Shown piece by piece: positions 41,353-51,000 of a DNA stretch of 64,000 nucleotides. Position numbers and translations under genes: made by a program. The notes below the pieces were generated by a model. It was not told the DNA's origin. It was given only the letters and a program-made list of their open reading frames with translations, and did no database searches. Position 1 is the stretch's first letter, and each line of letters opens with the position of its first letter. The DNA is from an uncultured Collinsella sp. (GTDB lineage: Bacteria; Actinomycetota; Coriobacteriia; Coriobacteriales; Coriobacteriaceae), in the NCBI GenBank assembly GCA_902472315.1, contig CABRNM010000002.1:8629-72628 (forward strand), given 5' to 3'.

Positions 41353-41895
41353 TTACTTGTCGTCGTTCAGATTTTGTTTGATGTCGTCCGCGGCATCGGC
41401 AGCGTGATTCATAAGGTTGTTGATGCTGCCGGGCACGTCGCCGTCGCTGTCGATGCGGTAGCGCATGCCAAAGAACAGGCCAATCAGCATCAGCCATATC
41501 GTGGCGCCCCAGGCAAACAGCGCGACGATGGGAATCAGGATAGGAATGTTGAGGATGATCGCATCGCGGCGCGTGGCGATAAACTTGGTGTCCAGGCTCA
41601 GACGGAAGAGCTTTTTGAGGTACTCCCACACGCTGTCCATCTTCTTGGAGAAGTCGGTCTTCTCACTCGACTTCTCGTAGGCGGCCTGCGCGGCGACCAT
41701 CTCGGCCGAGGGCTCGTCGACCGGCTCGGACTCGGTGGCGGCGTGCGCCGATGTGGTCTGGGTCTTGCCCTGCGACTCGAGCCAAATGATGGCATCCAGA
41801 ACGTTGCCATCGGCGGCGTCGAGCGCTGCCTTGGCATCGGTGTAGCTCACGTTGCGCTTGGTGCGGATGGTTTCAACTTTTTCGAGGTCGTCCAT
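41353..41895 (-). CDS. DUF4342-like protein with N-terminal UBA-like domain
   Basis: VSYTDAKAALDAADGNVLDAIIWLE, hydrophobic C-terminal segment. Confidence 0.7.
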   Translation of the reverse strand: MDDLEKVETIRTKRNVSYTDAKAALDAADGNVLDAIIWLESQGKTQTTSAHAATESEPVDEPSAEMVAAQAAYEKSSEKTDFSKKMDSVWEYLKKLFRLSLDTKFIATRRDAIILNIPILIPIVALFAWGATIWLMLIGLFFGMRYRIDSDGDVPGSINNLMNHAADAADDIKQNLNDDK

Positions 41896-42104
41896 GACCT
41901 GTCCTTTCGTTCGATGGGCGCGACGCCGGGCGATCTGCCCGGGCGCGAGCGTTGCGTTCGGCGGCCTGCGTGGCGCCGCCCCGCCCTTGGTCGAACTCTA
42001 TAGTGCAGGTTATAGATTAAGCGATTCTTGAGCCAAGATTAATGTTGGATGAGTTTTTGGGTGGCGGTGGGGAAGGGGGAGGTGCCCTTCTAGGCGGCTA
42101 GCAG

Positions 42105-42286
42105 TGAGGTCTAATACTTTTCCGAGAAGTGAACGAGCTAAATCGGACCCCCGAAGCATCGACACTTTAAGGGCGTCGTTTCCTGCGGTTTCGGTGCTGA
42201 AATCCTGTGATTTTGCCGACGAAAAATGCGGATGCTTCAGGGGTCCTAAAACAGCCGTTCACTTCGCGGAAAAGTATTAGACCTCA
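42105..42286. repeat. 182-bp MITE-like/long hairpin element with 31-bp terminal inverted repeats
   Basis: TGAGGTCTAATACTTTTCCGAGAAGTGAACG vs reverse complement of 42256-42286 (one mismatch); inner arms GGACCCCCGAAGCATC / GATGCTTCAGGGGTCC. Confidence 0.8.
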
Positions 42287-42420
42287 ATAGCGGGGGATGG
42301 GGTGCCGGTGCAAAACGGCGTTGAGGGTTGGTCGAGCAGGTGGTTTTCAGGCGACTGGGACATGGCGGGCGGTCGATCACCTATACTGGTTGGGCTCAAT
42401 TGGAGAGGTGATGGCTAGTT

Positions 42421-42816
42421 ATGAAATCAATCAATGTTGCAGCAGCGATTATTCAGAAGGACGGAAAAATCCTGAGCTGCCAGCGCGGCTATGGCGAGTT
42501 TAAAGACGGCTGGGAGTTTCCGGGCGGCAAGCTCGAGCCGGGCGAGACCGGCGAGCAGGCAATCGTGCGCGAGATTCAAGAAGAGCTCGAGGTCACGATC
42601 GGTAACCTCGACTATCTTTGCACGGTCGAACACGATTACGCGACGTTTCACCTGTCGATGCAGTGCTACCTGGCTAACATCCTTTCGGGGGAGTTCAAAG
42701 AGCACGCTCACGAAGACATGAAGTGGCTCGATACCAATAACCTGTGGGATGTCGATTGGCTTCCGGCAGACGTTAAAGTCGTTAAGGAGCTCGAGAAAAA
42801 GCTCGGACTTAAGTAA
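42421..42816 (+). CDS. Nudix hydrolase (MutT-like)
   Basis: Nudix box WEFPGGKLEPGETGEQAIVREIQEEL, WLPAD. Confidence 0.93.
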   Translation: MKSINVAAAIIQKDGKILSCQRGYGEFKDGWEFPGGKLEPGETGEQAIVREIQEELEVTIGNLDYLCTVEHDYATFHLSMQCYLANILSGEFKEHAHEDMKWLDTNNLWDVDWLPADVKVVKELEKKLGLK

Positions 42817-42856
42817 AAAAGGAGTGGGGCGCCACATGGCGATCCACTCCTTTTTG
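42815..42856. terminator. Bidirectional terminator between Nudix and helicase genes
   Basis: AAAAAAGGAGTGG...CCACTCCTTTTT. Confidence 0.8.
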
Positions 42857-44543
42857 TTACTCGGCCTCGCTTAAATCGCTGAGCATAAACTCGTAAATGT
42901 CCTGCCTCACGGGCGCATTGAGCTCATATTCGATTTCGACGGCGTTGTCGCCGCTCTTAGTTTTAATAGCTTCGAACTCGCCGGTCGGATGCATTTCGCC
43001 TAAGAAATAGAACTCCTTGCCGCCCTTATCGTCCTTGTTCTTTCGCATAAACAAATACGTCTTCAGGCCGTTTTCCGGCCATGTCTTCAGGCGCTGGATC
43101 TCGGGGGAGTTGAGCGTGCGGTTGCCCTTGGAGATTGCGATGAGCTTGCTCGGCGAAACAAAGCGGTCTTCATACTGAATTGACTCACTAATGTCGGGCG
43201 CCTTGTCATAGTTAATGAACACGGGGAATGTATTGGTCTTCTCGTCGTAAAAATAGCCGCCAAGATTTTGGCCGTTGATGTTCTTTTCCCAGTTCATCAA
43301 GCGGCAAACCTCTTCGTACGTGTACTTGGCGTTGAGAACGAAATTTGTGTTTTCGTACGTCTCGGCATAGTCGAGTCGGTTGCGCGCGATGCCAAAATCC
43401 AGCACCTCGAGAATCTGACGCTTGAACTCTGCGTTGCGCAGGGCGGTCGCAAACGTTTCGGTCAGACGAGGTCCGCATCCATCGTCAATAAGCAGGGAAA
43501 CGAAATCCTTAGGAGTGGCAAAGTCGCCTTTAAGGACAGAGATTGCCGACCTAACAGCGTTGTCCTTAAGCTGCGCGCGGTAGTTTCTAAGAGCAGCCTC
43601 GCGCATATGCCGATAGCCCTCGTGTCCGGCTTCGACGAGCGTTTGAAGCAAATAGAGGTCTTCGATCCGCTTGCCTGCGGCGAGTTTCTGGGAAATAAAT
43701 CTGAGGATTTTGGTCTGGTCCGAGGAAAACTGGACCGTGTAGTCCGGCTCACATTTGGAAAGAAAATCGTGGTAGGACTTGCTGCTTTTGAAGATGAGTA
43801 GAGGGTCGATAGAGCCGTTGCGATCAAATTCGAGCAGCGAGGGGATCTTTCCGAGCTTCTGCCGCAAGTCGAGATATTCGTTCTTCAAAAAGCGGGCGGA
43901 GGTAAAGTTACCACCGTCGATTGCCTTATAGATGCGTGCCTCGGAAATGCGATCGAAGCTCACGGTCGAGCATCCGGGGATCGCCGAATCGCCCTCTTGG
44001 ACAAGACGGCGCAGACGGTCTTTGTTATACGTCTTGTCACCCGAAAGCGCGATGGGCACCAAGAAGTTGCTCTGGTAGTTGCCAATAAAGTCGAGCACCA
44101 GTGCGTATTCCTTGCCATCATTCAGGCGCAAGCCTCGTCCGAGCTGTTGAATAAAGATGATTGCGGAGTCGGTGCGCCGAAGCATGATGATCTGATTGAG
44201 AGAGGGGATGTCGACGCCTTCGTTCATGATATCGACCGAGAAGATGTACTCGAGCTCGCCGGCTTCAAGTCGGCTGATCGCGGCATCGCGGACCTCATCG
44301 GAATCTTGACCGCTAATCGCAACCGTTCGATATCCGAGAGCGTTGAATTTGCGCGACAGCTCTTCGGCCTCGGCGTTTCGATTACAGAAAATCAAACCCC
44401 TGCGGTTGCTTTTGGTGACGCTATATTCTTCGATCTTCTCGGTGATGTGACGCACACGCTCGTCGGATGTTAGGCGTCCGAACAAGGCGGTATCTTCGAC
44501 CGTTTCGTCGTCAATCTCCAGATCGTGAATGCCAAAATAATGG

Positions 44544-46179
44544 TTGATTTCCGATCTCAGCCGAACACTTTGAGCGGATAGGCCGTTCCCGCAGTTAGCT
44601 GAACGCCCCCGCGGCCCCTCCTGGGGTCCGGGGGCGCCGTTTTCCCAGTTGAAGGAACGGTGGAGATGTGTTTCGATAGGTCCGGTGGCCATGCTCCGCC
44701 CGCCGCCCGGCACCTCTTCCCAGACTCAGCCGGACGGTCGGTCCGTCTATTCCGTTTTTCCTTCTAGCCTAGGCCAGCGGGGCATCGCCCCTCTCGGCGC
44801 GCGCCCTCTCGATGAGCCCCGGCGTCAGGTCGAGATCGCCGAGCGCCACGTCCTCCACGCCGTAGGCGTCCAGCAGCGCCGCCGCGTCCTCCCCGAGCAT
44901 CGCCCTGAAGGCCCTGGCGGGCGTCGAGAAGCCGAGCGCGCCGCGGGGCTCGGAGTTCACGTGCGACATGGCCAGCGCCAGGTCCGCCGGGGCGAGCCGG
45001 TCGAACCTGAGTCCGGAGCCCTTGGGCAGCAGCTTCCTTATCTCGACGTGGTTTCGCTCGCAGGCGCCCTTCTGGTCGCTGCGCCTCGGGTCGCAGTAGA
45101 ACAGCCTCGTCTCGCCCGGCCCCTCGCCGACGAGGTCCGCGATCGCCCGCTCGTCGGAGAACTCCGTGCCGTTGTCGGTGAGCACGGCGCGGAAGACCCT
45201 GCCCATGCCGTCGGCGCCGAGGACCTCCCTGATATCGCCCAGGGCGGCCGCGACGCGCCCGGCGGTCTTCTCCGCCAGCGGCAGCGCGAGCTGCAGCCTG
45301 CTGGGGCGGTGCAGCAGCGTGAGCAGGCAGGCGGAGTCCTCCCGGGCGCCCTCGACGGTGTCCATCTCCCAGGCCGCGGCGCACGCGTCCTCCCCGAGGG
45401 CGAGGAACGCGGCATGCGACCTGCGGGCGGAGTGGCGCGTGGCCGCCCGGCCGGCGGCGCGCTTCCTCGGCCTGTAGCCGACCTTGCGCCTGAGCTCCAT
45501 GTTGGTCATGCCGTCGTAGCCCGCCGAGACCCAGCGGTAGATCGTCGAGGGCGACAGGTCCACGGGCCCGCCGTTCCGGGCCGACAGCTGCTCGGGCGAC
45601 AGGCCGCGGCGCAGGCCGTCGCGAATGTGGGCGAGCGCCTCGGCCGCGGCGGGCTCGTCGGCGTCTATCCCGCGCCTGGACGAGACGAGGACCGAGTCGG
45701 CGCACAGCTGCGCGGCCCGGGCCTCGTAGAAGATGTGGGGGCGGCGCTTGCAGCCGATCGCGCGGTACCGGCCGCAGCCGTTGCAGCATCGCGGCCACGC
45801 CGCCAGGCGCGGGCAGGCCGCCGACAGGTCGGCGGAGGCGTCCACGCGCTCGCCGCGCCTGGACTTCGGCGCCGTCACGAACCTGTGCGACGCCACCTCG
45901 GCGCTCACCGTCGAGGGCGACCTGCCCAGCTCCCTCGCGATCTCCCTGCACGAGGCCCTGCGCTCCAGCATCCTCTGGACCGTGTCCCGCTCGTGCCTCG
46001 TGAGCCTTCCGTAGGCCCTCGGGACCGCCTTCTCGGAACCCTTCTTCCTCTTTCCGGACATGCCGTCCTCCGATCTCCCGGGGCCGGCCGGTCCGGCCCT
46101 CAGGGTATCGGGTTCCCACATTCATCCGCACATGTGCGGATGAATGTGGGAGGTGTTCGGATGAAGTTGATAATCAAGG
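44544..46179 (-). mobile_element. IS30-family insertion sequence flanked by 15-bp direct repeats
   Basis: Imperfect IRs TTGATTTCCGATCTCAGCCGAACAC / TTGATTATCAACTTCATCCGAACAC; ATGCCAAAATAATGG at 44529-44543 and 46180-46194. Confidence 0.93.
44769..46061 (-). CDS. IS30 family transposase
   Basis: HTH REIARELGRSPSTVSAEV, SPSTIYRW, DDE motifs WEMDTV, TDNGTEF, KGACERNH; RBS GGAGG. Confidence 0.94.
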   Translation of the reverse strand: MSGKRKKGSEKAVPRAYGRLTRHERDTVQRMLERRASCREIARELGRSPSTVSAEVASHRFVTAPKSRRGERVDASADLSAACPRLAAWPRCCNGCGRYRAIGCKRRPHIFYEARAAQLCADSVLVSSRRGIDADEPAAAEALAHIRDGLRRGLSPEQLSARNGGPVDLSPSTIYRWVSAGYDGMTNMELRRKVGYRPRKRAAGRAATRHSARRSHAAFLALGEDACAAAWEMDTVEGAREDSACLLTLLHRPSRLQLALPLAEKTAGRVAAALGDIREVLGADGMGRVFRAVLTDNGTEFSDERAIADLVGEGPGETRLFYCDPRRSDQKGACERNHVEIRKLLPKGSGLRFDRLAPADLALAMSHVNSEPRGALGFSTPARAFRAMLGEDAAALLDAYGVEDVALGDLDLTPGLIERARAERGDAPLA

Positions 46180-47674
46180 ATGCCAAAATAATGGAAGGGG
46201 GCAAGCATCTCCTCGGCCAAAGCGTCCTGCAGCGTGATCTGGAACGCGATGACGTGATTGAAAAGGGCAAAGACGTCATAGCCGTCGGTGCGATTAGGCG
46301 TAGCGGTCATACCCAGATAAAACCGAGGCGCAAAGTGCGACATGATGGATTGGTAACCCTGGGATCCCGTGCGGTGGGCCTCGTCGATGACGATGTAGTC
46401 GAACTCATCGGGACGGAAATCACTCAGATGCTTGGCGACCGAAGAACACATGGCAAACACGCAGGTAGCATTGCTTATATTCTTGCCAGTTTGATAGGTG
46501 TCGAACGTATAGGTACTACCTAAGAGCCGTTCGTAGCTTGCACGGGAGGCGTCGATAATGCGCCGGCGGTGCGCAAGAAAGAGGACGCGCCGGGGTTTAG
46601 TTGCGAGTACGTCGAACGCCGAAAGGAAGGTCTTGCCAGTGCCGGTTGCCGAGACGAGCAGGGCGCGGGTCTCGCCCTTGCGGTGGATTGCGCCGAGCGC
46701 CTCAAGGGCGCGCTGCTGCATTTTATTGGGCTTGATTTCTTCGAGGTCGTTCTGCGCCGGCGTTTCAGCAGATCTGAATGTCGGTTTCGATTTGGGCTTT
46801 GACGGACGTGCCGATCGATATGCGGCATAGTTCTCAATCCAGCCTTGGGAAAGCAAAACGGTTGAGGTGTCGTTCCACAACGAATCAAACTCGCCCCTCA
46901 GTTCGCCGAGTAGACGGCTGTTCTCGACAGTCTGGTACAGTACGTTCCATTCTTTGTTGCAGGTGAGGGCGGTCTGCGTCATGTTCGAGCTGCCGACGAT
47001 GACCGTGCTGGTTTCGCCCTTATCAAAAATGTATCCCTTGGCATGCAAATTACCCTGGAATATGCGAACTTCCATGTTGTCGTATTCCAGCAGCTTGCGA
47101 AAGGCATCGGGTGAGTTGAAGTTGAGATAGGTGGACGTCAGCAGCCTGCCCTTAATGCCACGCTGCTTGAGCTCCTGGAACGTCTCGACCAGGATTTGAA
47201 GGCCGCCGTCTGCAACAAACGCTACGCAAAAGTCAAAAGAGCTGCAGGTTGAGAGCTGCTCTTTGATAACGGATAGTAGTGTTCCGCCTGTCGCCTTTGA
47301 GTTGGCGATGAGCTTGGGTGAATCGTTCTCGCGTGCAAGCGAGTCGAATTCAATATCAATCTGCTGCTGCGTAGTCATCCCGGCCAAACCTTTCGAAAGA
47401 CTATGTTGGCGCCAGGATAGCAGATCGATCGTTCGTGTTTTTGGGCGTATGTGATTTTTAGACTATCGGCCACTCAAGTTTTGTGGCTGCGGCCTTGGCG
47501 CCGTGTCTTGCTGGGCTTCTCTCTATCTATGTGTATGTGTTTTTGTCTTATAGGCTGCTGGGAGAAGTCCTGCCCCCAAGATTCAGCGCATGCCATGGCT
47601 CCGTGTCGGCCATGTGGCAAGCCGCTTGTCATGGCCTCGCCGGAATCCGACCGCAAATGGCCACGGACGGATAT

Positions 47675-47748
47675 GCAAGTTCTTGTCGCATTGTGAGAAA
47701 AACTTGCAAAACTCGCAAGTTCTTGTCATGCTGTGAGAAAAACTTGCA
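47675..47748. repeat. Two 34-bp direct repeats (40-bp period), each an imperfect palindrome, upstream of the second AAA gene
   Basis: GCAAGTTCTTGTC-N4-TGTGAGAAAAACTTGCA at 47675 and 47715. Confidence 0.92.
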
Positions 47749-47762
47749 GATTGGGGCGGGAG

Positions 47763-49058
47763 ATGGATAAACGGATGGTTCCTAGAAATCGATATCTCGA
47801 AAAGTTGATCGCCTTTCGTGATGCGGATGTCATCAAGGTCGTAACGGGTATGCGCCGCTGTGGCAAATCGACGCTTCTGGACATGATGCGGAAACATCTG
47901 GAGGATAACGGCGTTCCATCCGAGTGTCTTTTGACCTTTAAGATGGAGTCATTTGAGCTGGAGGGCGTGCGTGATTGGCGAGAGCTTTACCGCCACGTGG
48001 ACGGCCTGATGCCTGCGGGCAAGAGGTGCTATCTCTTCTTCGATGAGCTTCAGGACGTTGTCGGATGGGAGAAGGCGATTAACGCGCTTCGTATCGACCG
48101 GGACTGCGATATATATGTTACGGGTTCGAATGCTTTTCTCCTCTCGTCAGAGATTGCGACTTTAATCTCGGGCAGGTATGTCGAGATTCGGATGCATCCG
48201 CTCGCTTTTTCGGAATATGTCGACTTTCTTGGTCCGACTGACGTCACGAATAGGCTTGCTGTTTTTGGCCGGGAGGATATTGTTGCACTCGACGATCTTC
48301 TTGACCGCTATCTGACGTTTGGAGGCCTGCCGTTCCTCGCTGCTTCAAAGCTGCCGGAGCAGGAAATGAGGGACTATATCTGGAGCACATACCAGACAAT
48401 CGTCGGGCGCGATATTTTGGCTCGCGAAGCCCGTCGGGGCAGACGGTCGGTGACGAGCAGGAGTGTGCTCGACCGCGTCACTTCCTACTTGGCTGATAAC
48501 ATTTCAAACCCGACATCAATTAATAAGATCGTTGGAACGCTGGCAGAGAACGGGGCGAAATCCTCACACGGCGTCGTGGACACTTGTGTGTCCGCCCTTG
48601 AGGAGACCTATATCTTTTCGCACGCGCGCCGATTTGATATTAAGGGTCGGGACATTTTGAAGACCGGTGGCAAATTCTACATTGAGGATCTGGGACTTCG
48701 AGCTTTCTTGGATGGGTATCGCGGCAGCGACAGTGGGCGTGTTCTCGAAAATGCCATTTACAATCGCCTTGTCTATGACGGATACCAGGTCTTCACGGGT
48801 CATCTTCGAGATGCTGAAATCGACTTTGTTGCGATCGGCGACGGCTCGGATCGTAAGTTTATTCAGGTCACGGAGTCGATTGACGAGGAGGCGACGCGCA
48901 AGCGTGAATTGCGTCCATTTGAGCTCAGGTCGCTCGAGAAGATCACCGGCGGTTACGAGAAGATCATCATTGTTCGCCGGGGAAGCCATCCGACCGACAT
49001 TGATGGCATCAAAATCGTTTCCGCAGTCGATTTCTTAATGGGTAGGCTTGGGGCTTAG
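47763..49058 (+). CDS. AAA_14 ATPase with DUF4143 domain
   Basis: GMRRCGKST, FFDELQ, VTGSNA, FGGLP, KFYIEDLGLR, LENAIY, EIDFVA...IQV. Confidence 0.9.
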   Translation: MDKRMVPRNRYLEKLIAFRDADVIKVVTGMRRCGKSTLLDMMRKHLEDNGVPSECLLTFKMESFELEGVRDWRELYRHVDGLMPAGKRCYLFFDELQDVVGWEKAINALRIDRDCDIYVTGSNAFLLSSEIATLISGRYVEIRMHPLAFSEYVDFLGPTDVTNRLAVFGREDIVALDDLLDRYLTFGGLPFLAASKLPEQEMRDYIWSTYQTIVGRDILAREARRGRRSVTSRSVLDRVTSYLADNISNPTSINKIVGTLAENGAKSSHGVVDTCVSALEETYIFSHARRFDIKGRDILKTGGKFYIEDLGLRAFLDGYRGSDSGRVLENAIYNRLVYDGYQVFTGHLRDAEIDFVAIGDGSDRKFIQVTESIDEEATRKRELRPFELRSLEKITGGYEKIIIVRRGSHPTDIDGIKIVSAVDFLMGRLGA

Positions 49059-49344
49059 AGCGTTTGGAGCACGTCTGTTTCCTATGCCTAGCGACATTGC
49101 CGCAGCTCGTGACGCCGCCGGCTCCTTCCTTTCCGTCAAGCGGCGCCAACTCAGCTGATCCGTTGGGGACGGAGGAAAGCGGATTATTTTCGGTGCGCCG
49201 CAGGTGATACGAATCCTGCGGCGCGCTGTTTTTTGCGCGGGGGCTTTCAGCTGTGTCCGCACGACATGTGACACTTGCCCTGTCGCCCTGCTCTGCCGCG
49301 GCGGCATGTACCTGAACAACGACCCTCTAAGGAGTTCGATTTTG

Positions 49345-49584
49345 ATGAGTGACAACACCAAGCATCTCGCAAAGAAATGCGTCAAGGACGCGGGGCCGCG
49401 CCTCGCGTTGTGCCTTGCCGGCGCAGCGGTCGCGCTGCTGGCTGTTCTGGGGCCGTTCGACGTGCTCCGAAGTGTCAGCTCTCTGCACGTTTGCATGGCC
49501 CTTGCCGGCGCCATGATAACCGGCGGCGTGCTCGATCTGATTTTTTGGGTGCTTGACCCGTTTGGATGGAAAAATGAAGGGTAA
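49345..49584 (+). CDS. Small two-TM membrane protein
   Basis: TAAGGAG RBS, 79 aa with two hydrophobic stretches. Confidence 0.6.
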   Translation: MSDNTKHLAKKCVKDAGPRLALCLAGAAVALLAVLGPFDVLRSVSSLHVCMALAGAMITGGVLDLIFWVLDPFGWKNEG

Positions 49585-49624
49585 GCCCTAAGGGATGGAT
49601 GCCCCGCAGCAACAGGAGGTCCCC

Positions 49625-50263
49625 GTGATCTGGTTTACCAGCGATACTCATTTTGGACACGAGAACATGCTACGGCTTAGCGATAGGCCTTGGTCGGCTG
49701 TTGCGCAGATGAACGACGCCATGGTCGCCAACATTAACAGCAAGGTTGCTGCGGATGACGAGCTCTACATCTTGGGCGACTTCAGCTTTAAGATGACGGT
49801 CCAAGACGCCTATGAGCTGCGCAAAAGCATTACATGCAAGCGCGTTCATCTGCTGCCCGGCAATCACGATAAAGACTGGACGCAGTCTGCGGTAGCGGAT
49901 GCTTTTATCGTTGAGCCGCCCATTTGCGTGCTCAAGATCGACCGCCAAAAAATCGTGCTGAGTCACTATCCCATGGTCGACTGGCAGGGCATGTCGCACG
50001 GCAGCTGGCATCTGCACGGGCATATCCACAGCTGCGGCGGCTCGTACAACAAGTTCAACCTCAGACAGGGGTTGCTGCGCTATGACGTGGGCATGGACGC
50101 TAACGGCTACGCCCCGGTAAGTCTGGATGAGCTCAGGTCGTGGTTTGCGCGGGTAGACGAGCCGATGCGGTGCGTTAAATGGCCGTGGTGGGTCAATGCC
50201 ACGGGTGACGAGCAGATCGAGCACGATCTCGAAGCCTATAAGAGGGAAGTGGTGATCCGATGA
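49625..50263 (+). CDS. Calcineurin-like metallophosphoesterase
   Basis: SDTHFGH, LGDF, PGNHD, SHYP, HGHIH, DVGMD; AGGAGG before GTG. Confidence 0.9.
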   Translation: MIWFTSDTHFGHENMLRLSDRPWSAVAQMNDAMVANINSKVAADDELYILGDFSFKMTVQDAYELRKSITCKRVHLLPGNHDKDWTQSAVADAFIVEPPICVLKIDRQKIVLSHYPMVDWQGMSHGSWHLHGHIHSCGGSYNKFNLRQGLLRYDVGMDANGYAPVSLDELRSWFARVDEPMRCVKWPWWVNATGDEQIEHDLEAYKREVVIR

Positions 50264-50985
50264 CGGTCTATGTGACAGGCGATATTCACGGCGGCCTCGA
50301 CATGCAAAAGCTGCGCGATTGGGAGCTTGGGGATAGCCTGACGAGCGACGACTATCTGATTGTTGCGGGCGACTTTGGCTTTCCGTGGGATTTCTCTGCT
50401 GAGGAATGCGCCGATATCGCCTGGCTGGAATCGCGTCCCTATACCGTGCTGTTCGTCGACGGCAACCACGAGCGTTTCGATCACTGGGCGGAGCGTCCCA
50501 TGGAGTTGTGGCACGGTGGGCTGACGCAGCGCCTGTCGGATACCTCTCCCATACGGCGCCTGACGCGCGGCGAGGTTTTTGAGCTCGACGGCTCAACGAT
50601 TTTTACCATGGGCGGCGCCACGAGTGTGGATAAGGAATACCGCATTCCCTATTCCAGCTGGTGGCCGCAGGAGCTGCCGGACGAGCGCAACTTTGAGGAG
50701 GCGCGGGCAAAGCTCGACAGCGTGGGTTGGAAGGTCGACTACGTGGTCACCCACACCTGCTCGACGCGCATGCTTTCGCCCACGCTTTATCCGGCACCCG
50801 GCTGGAATTACCCCGCCGTTGATCGGCTTACGGCATTTTTCGATGAGCTGGAAGATCGCATGGACTACAAGCGCTGGTACTACGGGCATTTCCATCGGGA
50901 TGCCAACCCGGCCGAGCGTCACACCGTGCTCTACGACCACATCGTTCGCCTGGGTGACGAACTCCAGCCCTGGGATGTTGCGTAG
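50260..50985 (+). CDS. Calcineurin-like metallophosphoesterase (second, different subfamily)
   Basis: GDIHG, AGDFG, DGNHE, VVTHT, YGHFH; ATGA overlap with the previous gene. Confidence 0.9.
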   Translation: MTVYVTGDIHGGLDMQKLRDWELGDSLTSDDYLIVAGDFGFPWDFSAEECADIAWLESRPYTVLFVDGNHERFDHWAERPMELWHGGLTQRLSDTSPIRRLTRGEVFELDGSTIFTMGGATSVDKEYRIPYSSWWPQELPDERNFEEARAKLDSVGWKVDYVVTHTCSTRMLSPTLYPAPGWNYPAVDRLTAFFDELEDRMDYKRWYYGHFHRDANPAERHTVLYDHIVRLGDELQPWDVA

Positions 50986-51000
50986 TGGCGGGGTGGCTGG

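Larger units (their letters stand above)
42857..47378 (-). pseudogene. SauUSI-like PLD nuclease-SF2 helicase-DUF3427 protein (type IV restriction candidate) interrupted by IS30
   Basis: 5' part 46180-47378: HAKGYIFD/GSSN, ATGTGKT, DEAH, MTATP; 3' part 42857-44528: IFC, EGVDIP, QQLGRGLR, LDFIGNY; removing the IS and one repeat gives 2871 nt in frame (956 aa). Confidence 0.88.

Noticed and set aside
44649..46523. 624-aa plus-strand and 455-aa alternative-frame ORFs in the IS
   Set aside because: Shadows of the very GC-rich transposase gene
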